Assembly: GCA_031404215.1 (NCBI GenBank)
Contig: JANNHC010000361.1
Coordinates: 1-47,965 of the forward strand
Reading direction: 5' to 3'
Origin: Acidobacteriota bacterium
GTDB taxonomy: Bacteria; Acidobacteriota; Vicinamibacteria; Vicinamibacterales; 2-12-FULL-66-21
Length of the DNA stretch: 47,965 bases
Shown in pieces: positions 17,356 to 26,164 of this stretch. The translations under genes were made by a program, and so were the position numbers. The notes beneath the pieces were generated by a model, which made no database searches, was not told the DNA's origin, and saw only the letters and a program-made list of their open reading frames with translations. Position 1 is the stretch's first letter. Each line of letters begins with the position of its first letter.

Positions 17356-18500
17356 CGCGTTGCTGGCACATCCTCACCCCGGAACTGCCGCCCGACTGCG
17401 GCGGAGTCGGCGACTACACCGCGCAGGTCGCCGAAGCCCTCGCACGGCAGGGGGACAGCGTCGCCGTGTATGCTCCGCCCGCATCCGTCCGCTGGAATAC
17501 TCCCGAAGGCGTCAACGCAGTCACTCTCCAGGATCGCTTTGGTCCGGAGGCGATGCGCGCGCTCACCCTCCACCTCGATCGCGATCCGTCATCGCGCCTG
17601 CTCGTCCAGTACGTGCCGGCCGTATTCGGCCGCTGCGGAACAAATCTGCCGTTCTGCCGGTGGCTCCAGTCGCGGAAGCGTGCGGGTACCGATGTTCGGG
17701 TGATGTTTCACGAGCCTTACCTCTATTTCCGTTGGCGGCCGGATCATCTCGTTCAGGCGGTCGCGCAGCGCGCGATGGCGCGCAGGCTCCTGGACGCCGC
17801 GACCTGTGTGTACCTCTCCACCGACGCCTGGCGGCGCTACCTCGCGCCGTATGGCGCCGACGCGGCCGGCCGCGCGGTGACGCTCCCGATTCCTTCTGCC
17901 GTCCCGCATGTCATCTGCCCCGAGGCTGTTCGCGCCGCACGCATCGCGTCAATTGCAGACGGCCACCGGCTCATTGGACATTTCGGTTCGTACGGCGACC
18001 ATATCGCGCCGCTGGTCCGTCGGGCCCTGGGCGACCTGCTTACGGCCGACTCCCGCGCAACCGCGCTCTGCATGGGCGCTGGAAGCCGCACGTTCGTGGA
18101 ACGGATCCTCGCCGATCGGCCGGTGTTTCGCGGTCGCCTTGCCGCCACGGGACGCGCCGCCACTCGCGATCTCTCGCTGCATCTCCAGGCCTGTGATCTT
18201 CTTATCCAGCCCTATCCCGACGGTGTCACCACGCGGCGCACGTCAGTGATGGCTGGACTCGCCAACGGACGCGCCGTCGTCACGTGTGAAGGTCCACTCA
18301 CAGAGACCGTCTGGCGTGAGACGGGTGCCGTCGCGCTGGCGCCTTCCCTCGACGGGCTCCTGGCCGCGGCACGCGGGCTACTCGCGGATCCTGCCGCCTG
18401 CTCGTCGCTCGAGGCCCGCGGTCTCGCGACCTATGCGTCAAGCTTCGATCTTCGCCATACCATCGATACGCTCCGCAGTCCGGCTCCCGCATATGTCTGA
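17352..18500 (+). CDS. divergent GT-B-fold glycosyltransferase-like protein
   Basis: ATG 17352 (ATGA overlap) gives MTRCWHILTPELPPDCGGVGDYTAQVAEALARQGD, a GT4-like N-terminus. The C-terminal half has a GT-B layout, but the EX7E position reads DGVTTRRTSVMAGLANGRAVV. Confidence 0.6.
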   Translation: MTRCWHILTPELPPDCGGVGDYTAQVAEALARQGDSVAVYAPPASVRWNTPEGVNAVTLQDRFGPEAMRALTLHLDRDPSSRLLVQYVPAVFGRCGTNLPFCRWLQSRKRAGTDVRVMFHEPYLYFRWRPDHLVQAVAQRAMARRLLDAATCVYLSTDAWRRYLAPYGADAAGRAVTLPIPSAVPHVICPEAVRAARIASIADGHRLIGHFGSYGDHIAPLVRRALGDLLTADSRATALCMGAGSRTFVERILADRPVFRGRLAATGRAATRDLSLHLQACDLLIQPYPDGVTTRRTSVMAGLANGRAVVTCEGPLTETVWRETGAVALAPSLDGLLAAARGLLADPAACSSLEARGLATYASSFDLRHTIDTLRSPAPAYV

Positions 18501-19410
18501 CGTCAAGCCGCTCCTGACCGTCGGCATCACCACACGCAATCGCCAGCGCTCACTCCAGCGCTGCCTGGAGTCGCTCCGTCACATCTCGCACCTCTCGCCG
18601 GAGATTCTCGTGTTCGACGATGCGTCGGACGTGCGGGTGACGACGACGATCGCGCCGCAGCCCCGCCTGCGCGTGATTCGTGACGACCGCGGCTCCGGCA
18701 ATATCGTGGGCCGCAACACGCTCATGCGCGAGGCCACGGGCGGCGCGGTGCTGCTGCTGGACGACGACGCCGCTCTTCTCGAAGGCGCGGGGGTCGAACG
18801 AGCGCTCGAGATCCTGTCCCGTGACGGGGAGGTGGCGGCGGTCGCGTTTGCCCAGGCAAATCCCGACGGCCGGCCCTGGCCCGAAACCATGCAGCCGGCC
18901 CGCGGACAGTCGTCGCGCTACATCGCCGCCTATATTGGTTTCGCGCATCTGCTCCGCCGCGACGTCTTTCTGAGGCTTGGCGGCTATCGCGAGAGCTTCG
19001 TGTTCTACGGTGAAGAAAAAGAGTACTGTCTGCGGCTTCTTGATCACGGGTTGCGCGTGGTCTACCTGCCCGATGCGCTGGTGATTCATGCGCAGGACGC
19101 ATCCGGCAGGACGCCACAACGATACCTGCGCTACGTCACCCGAAACGACTGTCTCAATGCGCTCTACAACGAGCCGCTTCGACGGCTGGTGTGGTTGGTG
19201 CCGGCCCGGCTGGCGCTGTACTTCAGGATGCGCGCGCGCTGGGACGTTGACGACCCCGGGGGCCTGCGCTGGGTCGTGAAGGAGGTCGCTGCGAACGCGC
19301 GCGACGCGTGGCGGGTGCGCAAGCCGGTCTCGCGGCGTACGCTGGCGGCATGGCGCCGCGTGCGCGACAGCGACGCGCCGTACGCGCCACCGCTCGAGCG
19401 GCAGCCGTGA
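18493..19410 (+). CDS. glycosyltransferase family 2
   Basis: ATG 18493 (8-nt overlap) gives MSDVKPLLTVGITTRNRQRSLQRCLESL, followed by ILVFDDASD and LLLDDDA (DXD). Confidence 0.85.
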   Translation: MSDVKPLLTVGITTRNRQRSLQRCLESLRHISHLSPEILVFDDASDVRVTTTIAPQPRLRVIRDDRGSGNIVGRNTLMREATGGAVLLLDDDAALLEGAGVERALEILSRDGEVAAVAFAQANPDGRPWPETMQPARGQSSRYIAAYIGFAHLLRRDVFLRLGGYRESFVFYGEEKEYCLRLLDHGLRVVYLPDALVIHAQDASGRTPQRYLRYVTRNDCLNALYNEPLRRLVWLVPARLALYFRMRARWDVDDPGGLRWVVKEVAANARDAWRVRKPVSRRTLAAWRRVRDSDAPYAPPLERQP

Positions 19411-20192
19411 GAGCGATCATCGATCTTGCGCGACGCGCCCGTTTGCGCGCGCTACTGACAAAGCAACTGTCGAACGGCGCGGAAGTCTGGCAGGCGCACC
19501 GCGCCGGGGCCGCCATACCGCCGCTGCGCTTCCGAAACGGACTGGTTCTTCTCCACGGTGCAGGCGACGCGCCTGTGTTCCTGTTTTTCGAGATCTTCGC
19601 GAACGCCTGCTATCGCCGGCAGTTCGCCGTTCCGCAGCCGGGTGACACGATCGTTGACATCGGCGCGAACATCGGCGCGTTCACGCTCGACTGCGCGGCC
19701 AGGTTTCCTTCCGTCCAGATTGAAGCCTACGAACCCAATCCGCACGCGTTCCGGATCCTCACCGAGAACATCGTCGCGAATCGCCTCGAGCGCCGCGTGC
19801 GGGCGTACGCCGAGGCGGTCAGTCGTGTTCCGGGTGTGCTCGACCTGTTCGTCAGCGACGGCAGCATCATCGCTACGAACTATCCTCACCCGTCGGAGGC
19901 GGCCGGACCTTCGTCTGGGTGCCCGGCCGTGGACCTCCGCACGGTCGTGGCGCGTGCCGGCGGCACGGCCGCGGTCGTGAAAATCGACGCGGAAGGGGCG
20001 GAAGCGGACATCGTCGAGGGCGGTCGCGAGACGCTTCGATCGGTCGCGCAGTTTGTCGGCGAGTACCACGAGGACCGCGTGCCAGACGTCCTGGCGCGGT
20101 GCCGATCGGCATTCGAACAATCCGGCTTTGCGTTCATCGCTGGCCGGAGCCGGCGCTGCGGCCCCCTCTTCCTTGCGCGGAGGATCGACTGA
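19407..20192 (+). CDS. FkbM-family methyltransferase
   Basis: IVDIGANIGAFTLDCAARFPSVQIEAYEPNPHAFRIL and VVKIDAEGAEADIVEG. The ORF track starts at 19308, a 103-nt overlap. The in-frame GTG at 19407 gives a GTGA junction like the other genes of the operon. Confidence 0.8.
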   Translation: MRAIIDLARRARLRALLTKQLSNGAEVWQAHRAGAAIPPLRFRNGLVLLHGAGDAPVFLFFEIFANACYRRQFAVPQPGDTIVDIGANIGAFTLDCAARFPSVQIEAYEPNPHAFRILTENIVANRLERRVRAYAEAVSRVPGVLDLFVSDGSIIATNYPHPSEAAGPSSGCPAVDLRTVVARAGGTAAVVKIDAEGAEADIVEGGRETLRSVAQFVGEYHEDRVPDVLARCRSAFEQSGFAFIAGRSRRCGPLFLARRID

Positions 20193-21322
20193 GGCGGCTC
20201 CTCACCATCGGACACTCGTACGTGGTCGCGCAGAACAGGCGGCTCGCGCACGAGATGGCATTGCAGGGCGCCGGCAGGTGGGACGTGACCGTCGCGGCCC
20301 CCACGCGTCTTCGCGGCGACCTCCGCGAAATCGAGCTCGAGTCTATTCCAGGCGAGGCGTGCGCGATCGTGCCGCTCGACGTCCGGTTCGGAGCCCACCC
20401 CCATCTCCGGTTCTACGGCCGCGCGTTGCGTCCGCTTCTCTGTCGTCCGTGGGACGTCGTGCACTGTTGGGAAGAGCCCTACGTCGTGGCCGCCGCGCAG
20501 ATCGCGCGACACGTGCCGGAGGGCGCGAGGTTCGTGCCCGCGACGTTCCAGAACATCGTGAAGCCTTACCCGGCCCCTGTCCGGATGCTCGAGCGCCGGG
20601 TGATGGATCGCGCCGACGGGTGGATCGCGTTCGGTGAAACGGTCGCCGACGCGCACCGCAATCGTCGCGGCTACGCATCGAAGCCGTGGCGGGTGATCAA
20701 TCCCGGCGTCGATACCGATGCGTTCAGGCCAGACCCGGCCGCCCGGCGTGACATGCGGCAGCGCTTCGGCTGGACGCCCCAGGACGCGGTGGTCGGATTC
20801 ACGGGCCGTTTCGTCGCGGAGAAGGGAATCTCCACGCTGCTCGAAGCCGTGACGCGGTCCAGCGTGCCGTGGAAATTTCTCGCTGTCGGCGGAGGTGTCA
20901 TGCACACCGAGATCGAGCAACTTCGGTCCCGCTTTCCTTCGCGGGTGCAGATCGCGACCAACGTGCCGCACGACGAGGTACCGGCGTACCTGAATGCGAT
21001 GGACCTGTTGTGCGCGCCGAGCCAGACGACCCCGCGATGGCGCGAGCAGTTCGGCCGGATGCTCATCGAAGCGATGGCGTGCGGCGTGCCCGTGATCGCA
21101 AGCCCCAGCGGAGAGATTCCGCATGTCCTGACCGGAGCGGGGGTCCTCGTCCCGGAAAACGATCCTGGCGCCTGGGCGCGGGAGATCGAGCGGCTGCTTT
21201 CCGATCAGGCGGGGCGTGACGATTTATCGGCGCGCGGTGTCGCGCGCGCGCGTTCGCGGTTTGCCTGGCCGATCGTCGCGCAGGCCCACCTCGAGTTTTT
21301 CGAGGAGTTGTCCGCGCGATGA
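20189..21322 (+). CDS. glycosyltransferase family 4 (start uncertain)
   Basis: The GT4-like sequence begins at (L)RRLLTIGHSYVVAQNRRLAHEMA. EX7E-like region REQFGRMLIEAMACGVPVIASPSGEI. There is no ATG/GTG/TTG at the junction. CTG 20189 would give a CTGA overlap. The alternative canonical starts are GTG 20099 or GTG 19919, both needing long overlaps. Confidence 0.75.
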   Translation: MRRLLTIGHSYVVAQNRRLAHEMALQGAGRWDVTVAAPTRLRGDLREIELESIPGEACAIVPLDVRFGAHPHLRFYGRALRPLLCRPWDVVHCWEEPYVVAAAQIARHVPEGARFVPATFQNIVKPYPAPVRMLERRVMDRADGWIAFGETVADAHRNRRGYASKPWRVINPGVDTDAFRPDPAARRDMRQRFGWTPQDAVVGFTGRFVAEKGISTLLEAVTRSSVPWKFLAVGGGVMHTEIEQLRSRFPSRVQIATNVPHDEVPAYLNAMDLLCAPSQTTPRWREQFGRMLIEAMACGVPVIASPSGEIPHVLTGAGVLVPENDPGAWAREIERLLSDQAGRDDLSARGVARARSRFAWPIVAQAHLEFFEELSAR

Positions 21323-22464
21323 GCCGGCTGCGTGTCGCGCTGCTCGCGGACTTCCTGGAGGAGGGTTGGCCGAGCATGGATCTCGTGGCGGACATGCTGC
21401 TGGACCGGCTGACCCGCGAGCACGGCGGCGCGATTGACGCAACGCTCGTCAGGCCGCCGCTGTCGCGTCGGCTGTCTCGCCTCTCACGACGTCACCAGGC
21501 CTTCGCCCTGGATCGCATCGCCGGCCGGATGTGGGACTACCCGCGACTGGCCGGGACGCTTGCCGGCCGCTTCGACATCTTTCACATCGTGGATCACAGC
21601 TACTCCCAGCTCGTGCACCGACTGCCGGGCGAGCGCACCATCGTCACGTGCCATGACGTCGATACGTTCAGGAGCGTGCTCGAACCGGAGCGCGAGCCGA
21701 GGAGTGCGGCGTTTCGAGCGATGACGCGGCGGATCCTCGCCGGGCTCGGCAAGGCCGGGCACATCGTGTGCGACACGGAGGCGACGAGAGCGCAGGTGCT
21801 GAACCAGGCGGGAATCGCCGCGTCGAAGACCAGCGTCGTGCACAACGGTCCGCATCCGAGCTGCACGCCTTTCGCGGAAGCGTGGGCCGATCACGAGGCC
21901 GCTCGCCTCCTCGGGCCCCCACGGTCGTCAATCGATCTCCTGCACGTCGGCAGCGCGATTCCTCGCAAGCGCATCGATCTGCTGATCCGCATCATGGCCG
22001 CGCTCGGTCGCAAGGCGCGGCTCGTGCGCGTCGGCGGCGCCTTCGCGGCGGAGCAGGCGGCGCTCGCGCGCGATCTGGGCGTCGGCAACATCGTCGTGCT
22101 CCCGTTCATCGATCGATCGACGCTGGCGGCGATCTACCGGCGGAGCGCGTTGCTGCTGATGCCGTCGGAGCGCGAGGGATTCGGGCTGCCGATCGTCGAG
22201 GCGCTGGCGTGCGGCACTGCGGTCGTGGCCAGCGACATTCCGGCCCTGCGGGAGGTTGGCGGCGACGCGGTCTCGTACTGCGCGGTCGGCGACATCGAAG
22301 CCTGGCGGACGACAATCGGTGCGCTCCTCGACGAACGCGAGCAGCGGCCGGCCGAGTGGGCCGAGCGGCGCGCGCTCGGGATCCGCCGCGCTGACGCGTT
22401 CAGCTGGTCCACGTATGCCGGGGAGATCGCCGCGATTTACGAGCGGACGAATCCGACGTGTTGA
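21319..22464 (+). CDS. glycosyltransferase family 4
   Basis: 381 aa. MSRLRVALLADF N-terminus and EX7E region SEREGFGLPIVEALACGTAVVASDIPALREV. ATGA overlap. Confidence 0.85.
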   Translation: MSRLRVALLADFLEEGWPSMDLVADMLLDRLTREHGGAIDATLVRPPLSRRLSRLSRRHQAFALDRIAGRMWDYPRLAGTLAGRFDIFHIVDHSYSQLVHRLPGERTIVTCHDVDTFRSVLEPEREPRSAAFRAMTRRILAGLGKAGHIVCDTEATRAQVLNQAGIAASKTSVVHNGPHPSCTPFAEAWADHEAARLLGPPRSSIDLLHVGSAIPRKRIDLLIRIMAALGRKARLVRVGGAFAAEQAALARDLGVGNIVVLPFIDRSTLAAIYRRSALLLMPSEREGFGLPIVEALACGTAVVASDIPALREVGGDAVSYCAVGDIEAWRTTIGALLDEREQRPAEWAERRALGIRRADAFSWSTYAGEIAAIYERTNPTC

Positions 22465-23579
22465 AGGTGTTGCACGTGGGCAAGTACTATCCTCCGGTTG
22501 CGGGCGGCATTGAGCGCGTGGTGCAGATGCTGTGCCGCGTCGCGCCGGACGAGCTCGACAGCCGTGTGCTGGTGTTTGCCCGCGGCGCGTCAACCGTCGA
22601 GGAGGTTGTCGATGGTGTGCCGGTCACGCGCGTCGGCACGCTCGGCCAGGCTGGATCCGTACCCATCGCGCCCACGTTCGCCGCGCATCTCCGCCGGGCG
22701 ACAGCCGACGTCATGATCGTGCACGAGCCCAATCCCTGGGCGCTGCTGTCGCTCCTTATCGCGAGGCCCAGGATTCCCCTCGCGATCTGGTTTCACAGCG
22801 ATGTCATCCGCCCCCGGCTGCAGTATCGCCTGTTCTACGCACCCGTGGCGCGCCCCGTCTACGATCGCGCGCGGCGGTTCGTGGTCTCGTCGCCCGCGCT
22901 CGCGGCGGCGGCGTCGCCGGTGCTCAATCGGTACCCGGATCGCATCACCGTCATTCCTTTCGGCATCGACGCCGCGGCCTGGGCGGCCACTCCGGCAATC
23001 ACGCGACGCGCGGCGGAGCTTCGCGCCGCGGCAGGCCGCCCGATCGTGCTGTTCCTCGGACGGTTGGTTCCGTACAAGGGTGTCGACGTCCTGATCAAGG
23101 CGGTCGCACCGTTGCCCGTGCACCTGGTCATTGCGGGTGACGGTCCGATGCGCGAGACCTGGCAACGTGCCGCCGGGATCCATTGCGGCGCGGCGATCGT
23201 GCAGTTTACCGGGCCGCTCCAGGACCGCGACGTGCAGGCCTGGCTGCACGCCTCAGACGTCCTGGTGCTACCGTCAATTACGCCGGCGGAGGCCTTTGGC
23301 GTCGTGCAGCTCGAGGCCATGGCCACGGGGACGCCGGTGATCAGCACCAGCGTGGCGTCCGGCGTGCCGTGGGTGAACCGCGACGGTGAAACTGGAATCG
23401 TCGTGCAGCCGGGTGACGTCGCCGCCCTCGCCGCCGCCGTCGAGAGGATCACGTCCGACGCCGCGCTGCGGGCGCGCCTGGGCACGGCAGGCCTCGCGCG
23501 GGTCCGATCCGAGTTCGCGCTGACCACGCTGCGGGGTCGGTTCGTCGCGCTATGCCACGCGGTTGCCGAGGATCCATGA
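22458..23579 (+). CDS. glycosyltransferase family 4
   Basis: GTG 22458 gives (M)LKVLHVGKYYPPVAGGIERVV. EX7E-like region PAEAFGVVQLEAMATGTPVISTSVASGVP. 7-nt overlap. Confidence 0.85.
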   Translation: MLKVLHVGKYYPPVAGGIERVVQMLCRVAPDELDSRVLVFARGASTVEEVVDGVPVTRVGTLGQAGSVPIAPTFAAHLRRATADVMIVHEPNPWALLSLLIARPRIPLAIWFHSDVIRPRLQYRLFYAPVARPVYDRARRFVVSSPALAAAASPVLNRYPDRITVIPFGIDAAAWAATPAITRRAAELRAAAGRPIVLFLGRLVPYKGVDVLIKAVAPLPVHLVIAGDGPMRETWQRAAGIHCGAAIVQFTGPLQDRDVQAWLHASDVLVLPSITPAEAFGVVQLEAMATGTPVISTSVASGVPWVNRDGETGIVVQPGDVAALAAAVERITSDAALRARLGTAGLARVRSEFALTTLRGRFVALCHAVAEDP

Positions 23580-24178
23580 CGAAGCGCGCCTTCGACGCGG
23601 CCCTCGCCTCGATCGGACTGGCGCTGTCGGCGCCCCTCTGGCTTGTGCTGGCTTCCGCGATCAAGCTCGAGGATCGCGGCCCGGTGTTCTATGCGCAGGA
23701 TCGGGTCGGAAAGGGCGGCCGCATCTTTCGTGCGCTCAAGTTCCGATCGATGCGACAGGGCGCCGAAGCCGCGACGGGACCGCTGCAGGCGCGCCACGCG
23801 GATGCACGCATTACCCGCGTGGGCCGGGTGATGCGCGCCACCGCGATGGATGAACTTCCGCAGCTCTGGAACATTGTGCGCGGTGACATGAGCTTCGTGG
23901 GGCCGCGCGCGTTGCGGCCCGGAGAGATCGAGTTCGAAGGCGGCGCGCCGGTCCCCCTCGAAGCGGTTCCCGGCTACGTCCAGCGGATCACCGTGTCGCC
24001 AGGCCTCACCGGTGTCGCGCAGGTGTACGCCGCGCGGGATGTCCCGCGGCGCCACAAGTTCCGCTACGACGCGCTCTACATCCGGCGGCGGTCGCTGTGG
24101 CTCGATGTACGTTTGATTCTCCTGTCGTTTTGGATAAGCTTCCGAGGCACATGGGAATCCAGGGGCCGCAAGTACTGA
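23576..24178 (+). CDS. small priming phosphoglycosyl transferase (bacterial sugar transferase family, undecaprenyl-phosphate hexose-1-phosphate transferase type)
   Basis: ATG 23576 (ATGA overlap). KRAFDAALASIGLALSAPLWLVLASAIKLEDRGPVFYAQDRVGKGGRIFRALKFRSM and DELPQLWNIVRGDMSFVGPRA are hallmark motifs of this family. Confidence 0.9.
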   Translation: MTKRAFDAALASIGLALSAPLWLVLASAIKLEDRGPVFYAQDRVGKGGRIFRALKFRSMRQGAEAATGPLQARHADARITRVGRVMRATAMDELPQLWNIVRGDMSFVGPRALRPGEIEFEGGAPVPLEAVPGYVQRITVSPGLTGVAQVYAARDVPRRHKFRYDALYIRRRSLWLDVRLILLSFWISFRGTWESRGRKY

Positions 24179-25341
24179 TGCCCGGCCGGCGTGATGTCAT
24201 CATCGTCGGCGCCGGGCCGTCTGGCCTCCTCGCCGCGCGCGATTTGTCTGCGGCCGGCTTCAGTGCGACGGTCCTCGAAGAGCACGATCAAATCGGCCTG
24301 CCGGTGCACTGCACGGGGGTGCTCGGACTGGACGCCTTCGACGAGCTCGATCTTCCGCGCGACACCATTCTCCAGACCGCGCACGCGGCGCGATTCGTGT
24401 CCGCGGATGGATCGTCGCTGCTCATCGAGGACGACCGCGTCCGGGCCGCGATTATCGATCGCGCCGCCTTTGACGCCGCGCTTGCGTCATCCGCATTGGC
24501 CGAGGGGGCGGAAGTGCGTACCGGTTGCCGCGTGCGGCACATCGACGTCACCCCCGATGGGGTGACCGTCTCGACCGCCGCCGGCCCGATCCACTCGCGC
24601 GCATGCGTGATTGCGTGCGGCGCGAACTATCGCTTCAACCGGCGCCTGGGCCTCGGGCTTCCGCGCGTGTTTGTCCACAGCGCGCAGCGCGAAGTACCAT
24701 TCCCCGAGGCCGATCATATCGAGGTGTATCTCGGTCGCCAGGTGGCCGCCGGCGGGTTCGGCTGGCTCGTGCCGTTCCGGCGGGCGGGATCGTCCTACGC
24801 GCGCGTCGGCGTCATGTGCGAGAGCCGTGCCCGCGCCGCGTTCAAGGAGCTGACCCGGCGCATCGGCTCCCGCTTCAGCGTGGCGCCCGACTGGGGAGAG
24901 CCGCGGGTCAAGATCCTTCCGCTCGCGCCCGTGACGCGCACATGGTCGACGCGCGTGCTGGCGGTCGGCGACGCGGCGGGCCTCGTCAAGTCCACGACGG
25001 GCGGCGGTATTTACTACGGTCTGCTGAGCGGCCGCATCGCGGCGGACGTGCTCGCCAGCGCGTTGCGCGAGGATCAGCTATCGGCCACGCGCCTCCGCGA
25101 GTACGAGCGGCGATGGCGTGCGCGGCTCTGGCCCGAAATCCGCGCGGGGCTGGCGTTCCGGGCCGTGGCGACGCGATTGAACGATCGCGCGATCGATGCC
25201 GTGATCGAGCTTGGCCGCGTGGACGGCATCGTGCCGCTCCTCAAACAGACGGCGGACTTCAACTGGCATGGCGCGGCGGCCCGCTCGCTGCTCCGCAACC
25301 CATCCTTCCGGCGCGTCGTGTTTGGCTCCATCTGGAGTTGA
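24178..25341 (+). CDS. geranylgeranyl-reductase-family FAD-dependent oxidoreductase
   Basis: ATG 24178 (TGATG, 1-nt overlap with the priming transferase). DVIIVGAGPSGLLAARDLSAAGFSATVLEE dinucleotide fold, HCTGVLG, and GDAAGLVKSTTGGGIYYGLLSG typical of the GGR family. Confidence 0.8.
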   Translation: MPGRRDVIIVGAGPSGLLAARDLSAAGFSATVLEEHDQIGLPVHCTGVLGLDAFDELDLPRDTILQTAHAARFVSADGSSLLIEDDRVRAAIIDRAAFDAALASSALAEGAEVRTGCRVRHIDVTPDGVTVSTAAGPIHSRACVIACGANYRFNRRLGLGLPRVFVHSAQREVPFPEADHIEVYLGRQVAAGGFGWLVPFRRAGSSYARVGVMCESRARAAFKELTRRIGSRFSVAPDWGEPRVKILPLAPVTRTWSTRVLAVGDAAGLVKSTTGGGIYYGLLSGRIAADVLASALREDQLSATRLREYERRWRARLWPEIRAGLAFRAVATRLNDRAIDAVIELGRVDGIVPLLKQTADFNWHGAAARSLLRNPSFRRVVFGSIWS

Positions 25342-26144
25342 AGCCGGTCCGCCCTTCCGTGCCCTCACCCCCCCGGGACCTGCTCGAACAGGGGCATTAC
25401 GCCCGCAAACAGATTTTCAGCCGCAACCGGATTGTGGCCTGGACCCACGGGCGCCGCTTCGCGCTCGCGCGCGAGCTCGTCTCGGCCCGTGCCGGCGGCG
25501 CGCTGCTCGATTACGGCTGCGGGGACGGCACCTTCGTCGCGCTTGCCCACGACCTGTTTCGTGACACGGTCGGCGCCGACATCGACACCGACCAGGTGCG
25601 CGGCTGCGCCGAGCGGCTGGCCGGGCTTCAGGGCGTCCGCTTCGTGCCGATCGATGCGCTGCACGATCCAGATCACGCCGCGCGCTACGATGCGGTCGTC
25701 TGCATGGAGGTGCTCGAGCACTGTCCCTCGGACGTGCAGCCGCGGGTGCTGGACGATCTCGCGCGGCTGTCGCGACCCGACGCGGTGGTCGTCATCAGCG
25801 TGCCGATCGAGATCGGCCCGACACTGGTGGTGAAACAGGCCGTGCGTGCGGCGGCGGCCGCGAGCGGCCTCACCGAGTACGCGCACCGCGAGCGGTACCG
25901 GCCGGCGGAGTTTCTACGCATGGTGCTGGCTGGCGGGACGTCGGCGATCGAGCGGCCCGAGACCATCGCGACCACCGCCGCCGGCGACACGGTGCGGTTC
26001 CACGGACACAAGGGGTTCAACTGGCACGCCCTCGAGCGCCTGGTCTCCCGGCCGTTTACCATCGAGCAGCGACTGTACTCGCCAATGGCCCTGACAGGAC
26101 GGTGGCTCAACAGCCAGGTATGGTTCGTCTGCCGGAAACGCTGA
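25338..26144 (+). CDS. class I SAM-dependent methyltransferase
   Basis: TTG 25338 (TTGA overlap). LLDYGCGDGTFVAL and YDAVVCMEVLEHCPSD. Last gene of the plus-strand operon. Confidence 0.8.
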   Translation: MKPVRPSVPSPPRDLLEQGHYARKQIFSRNRIVAWTHGRRFALARELVSARAGGALLDYGCGDGTFVALAHDLFRDTVGADIDTDQVRGCAERLAGLQGVRFVPIDALHDPDHAARYDAVVCMEVLEHCPSDVQPRVLDDLARLSRPDAVVVISVPIEIGPTLVVKQAVRAAAAASGLTEYAHRERYRPAEFLRMVLAGGTSAIERPETIATTAAGDTVRFHGHKGFNWHALERLVSRPFTIEQRLYSPMALTGRWLNSQVWFVCRKR

Positions 26145-26164
26145 CCCGCACGGCCCGCGCCACC

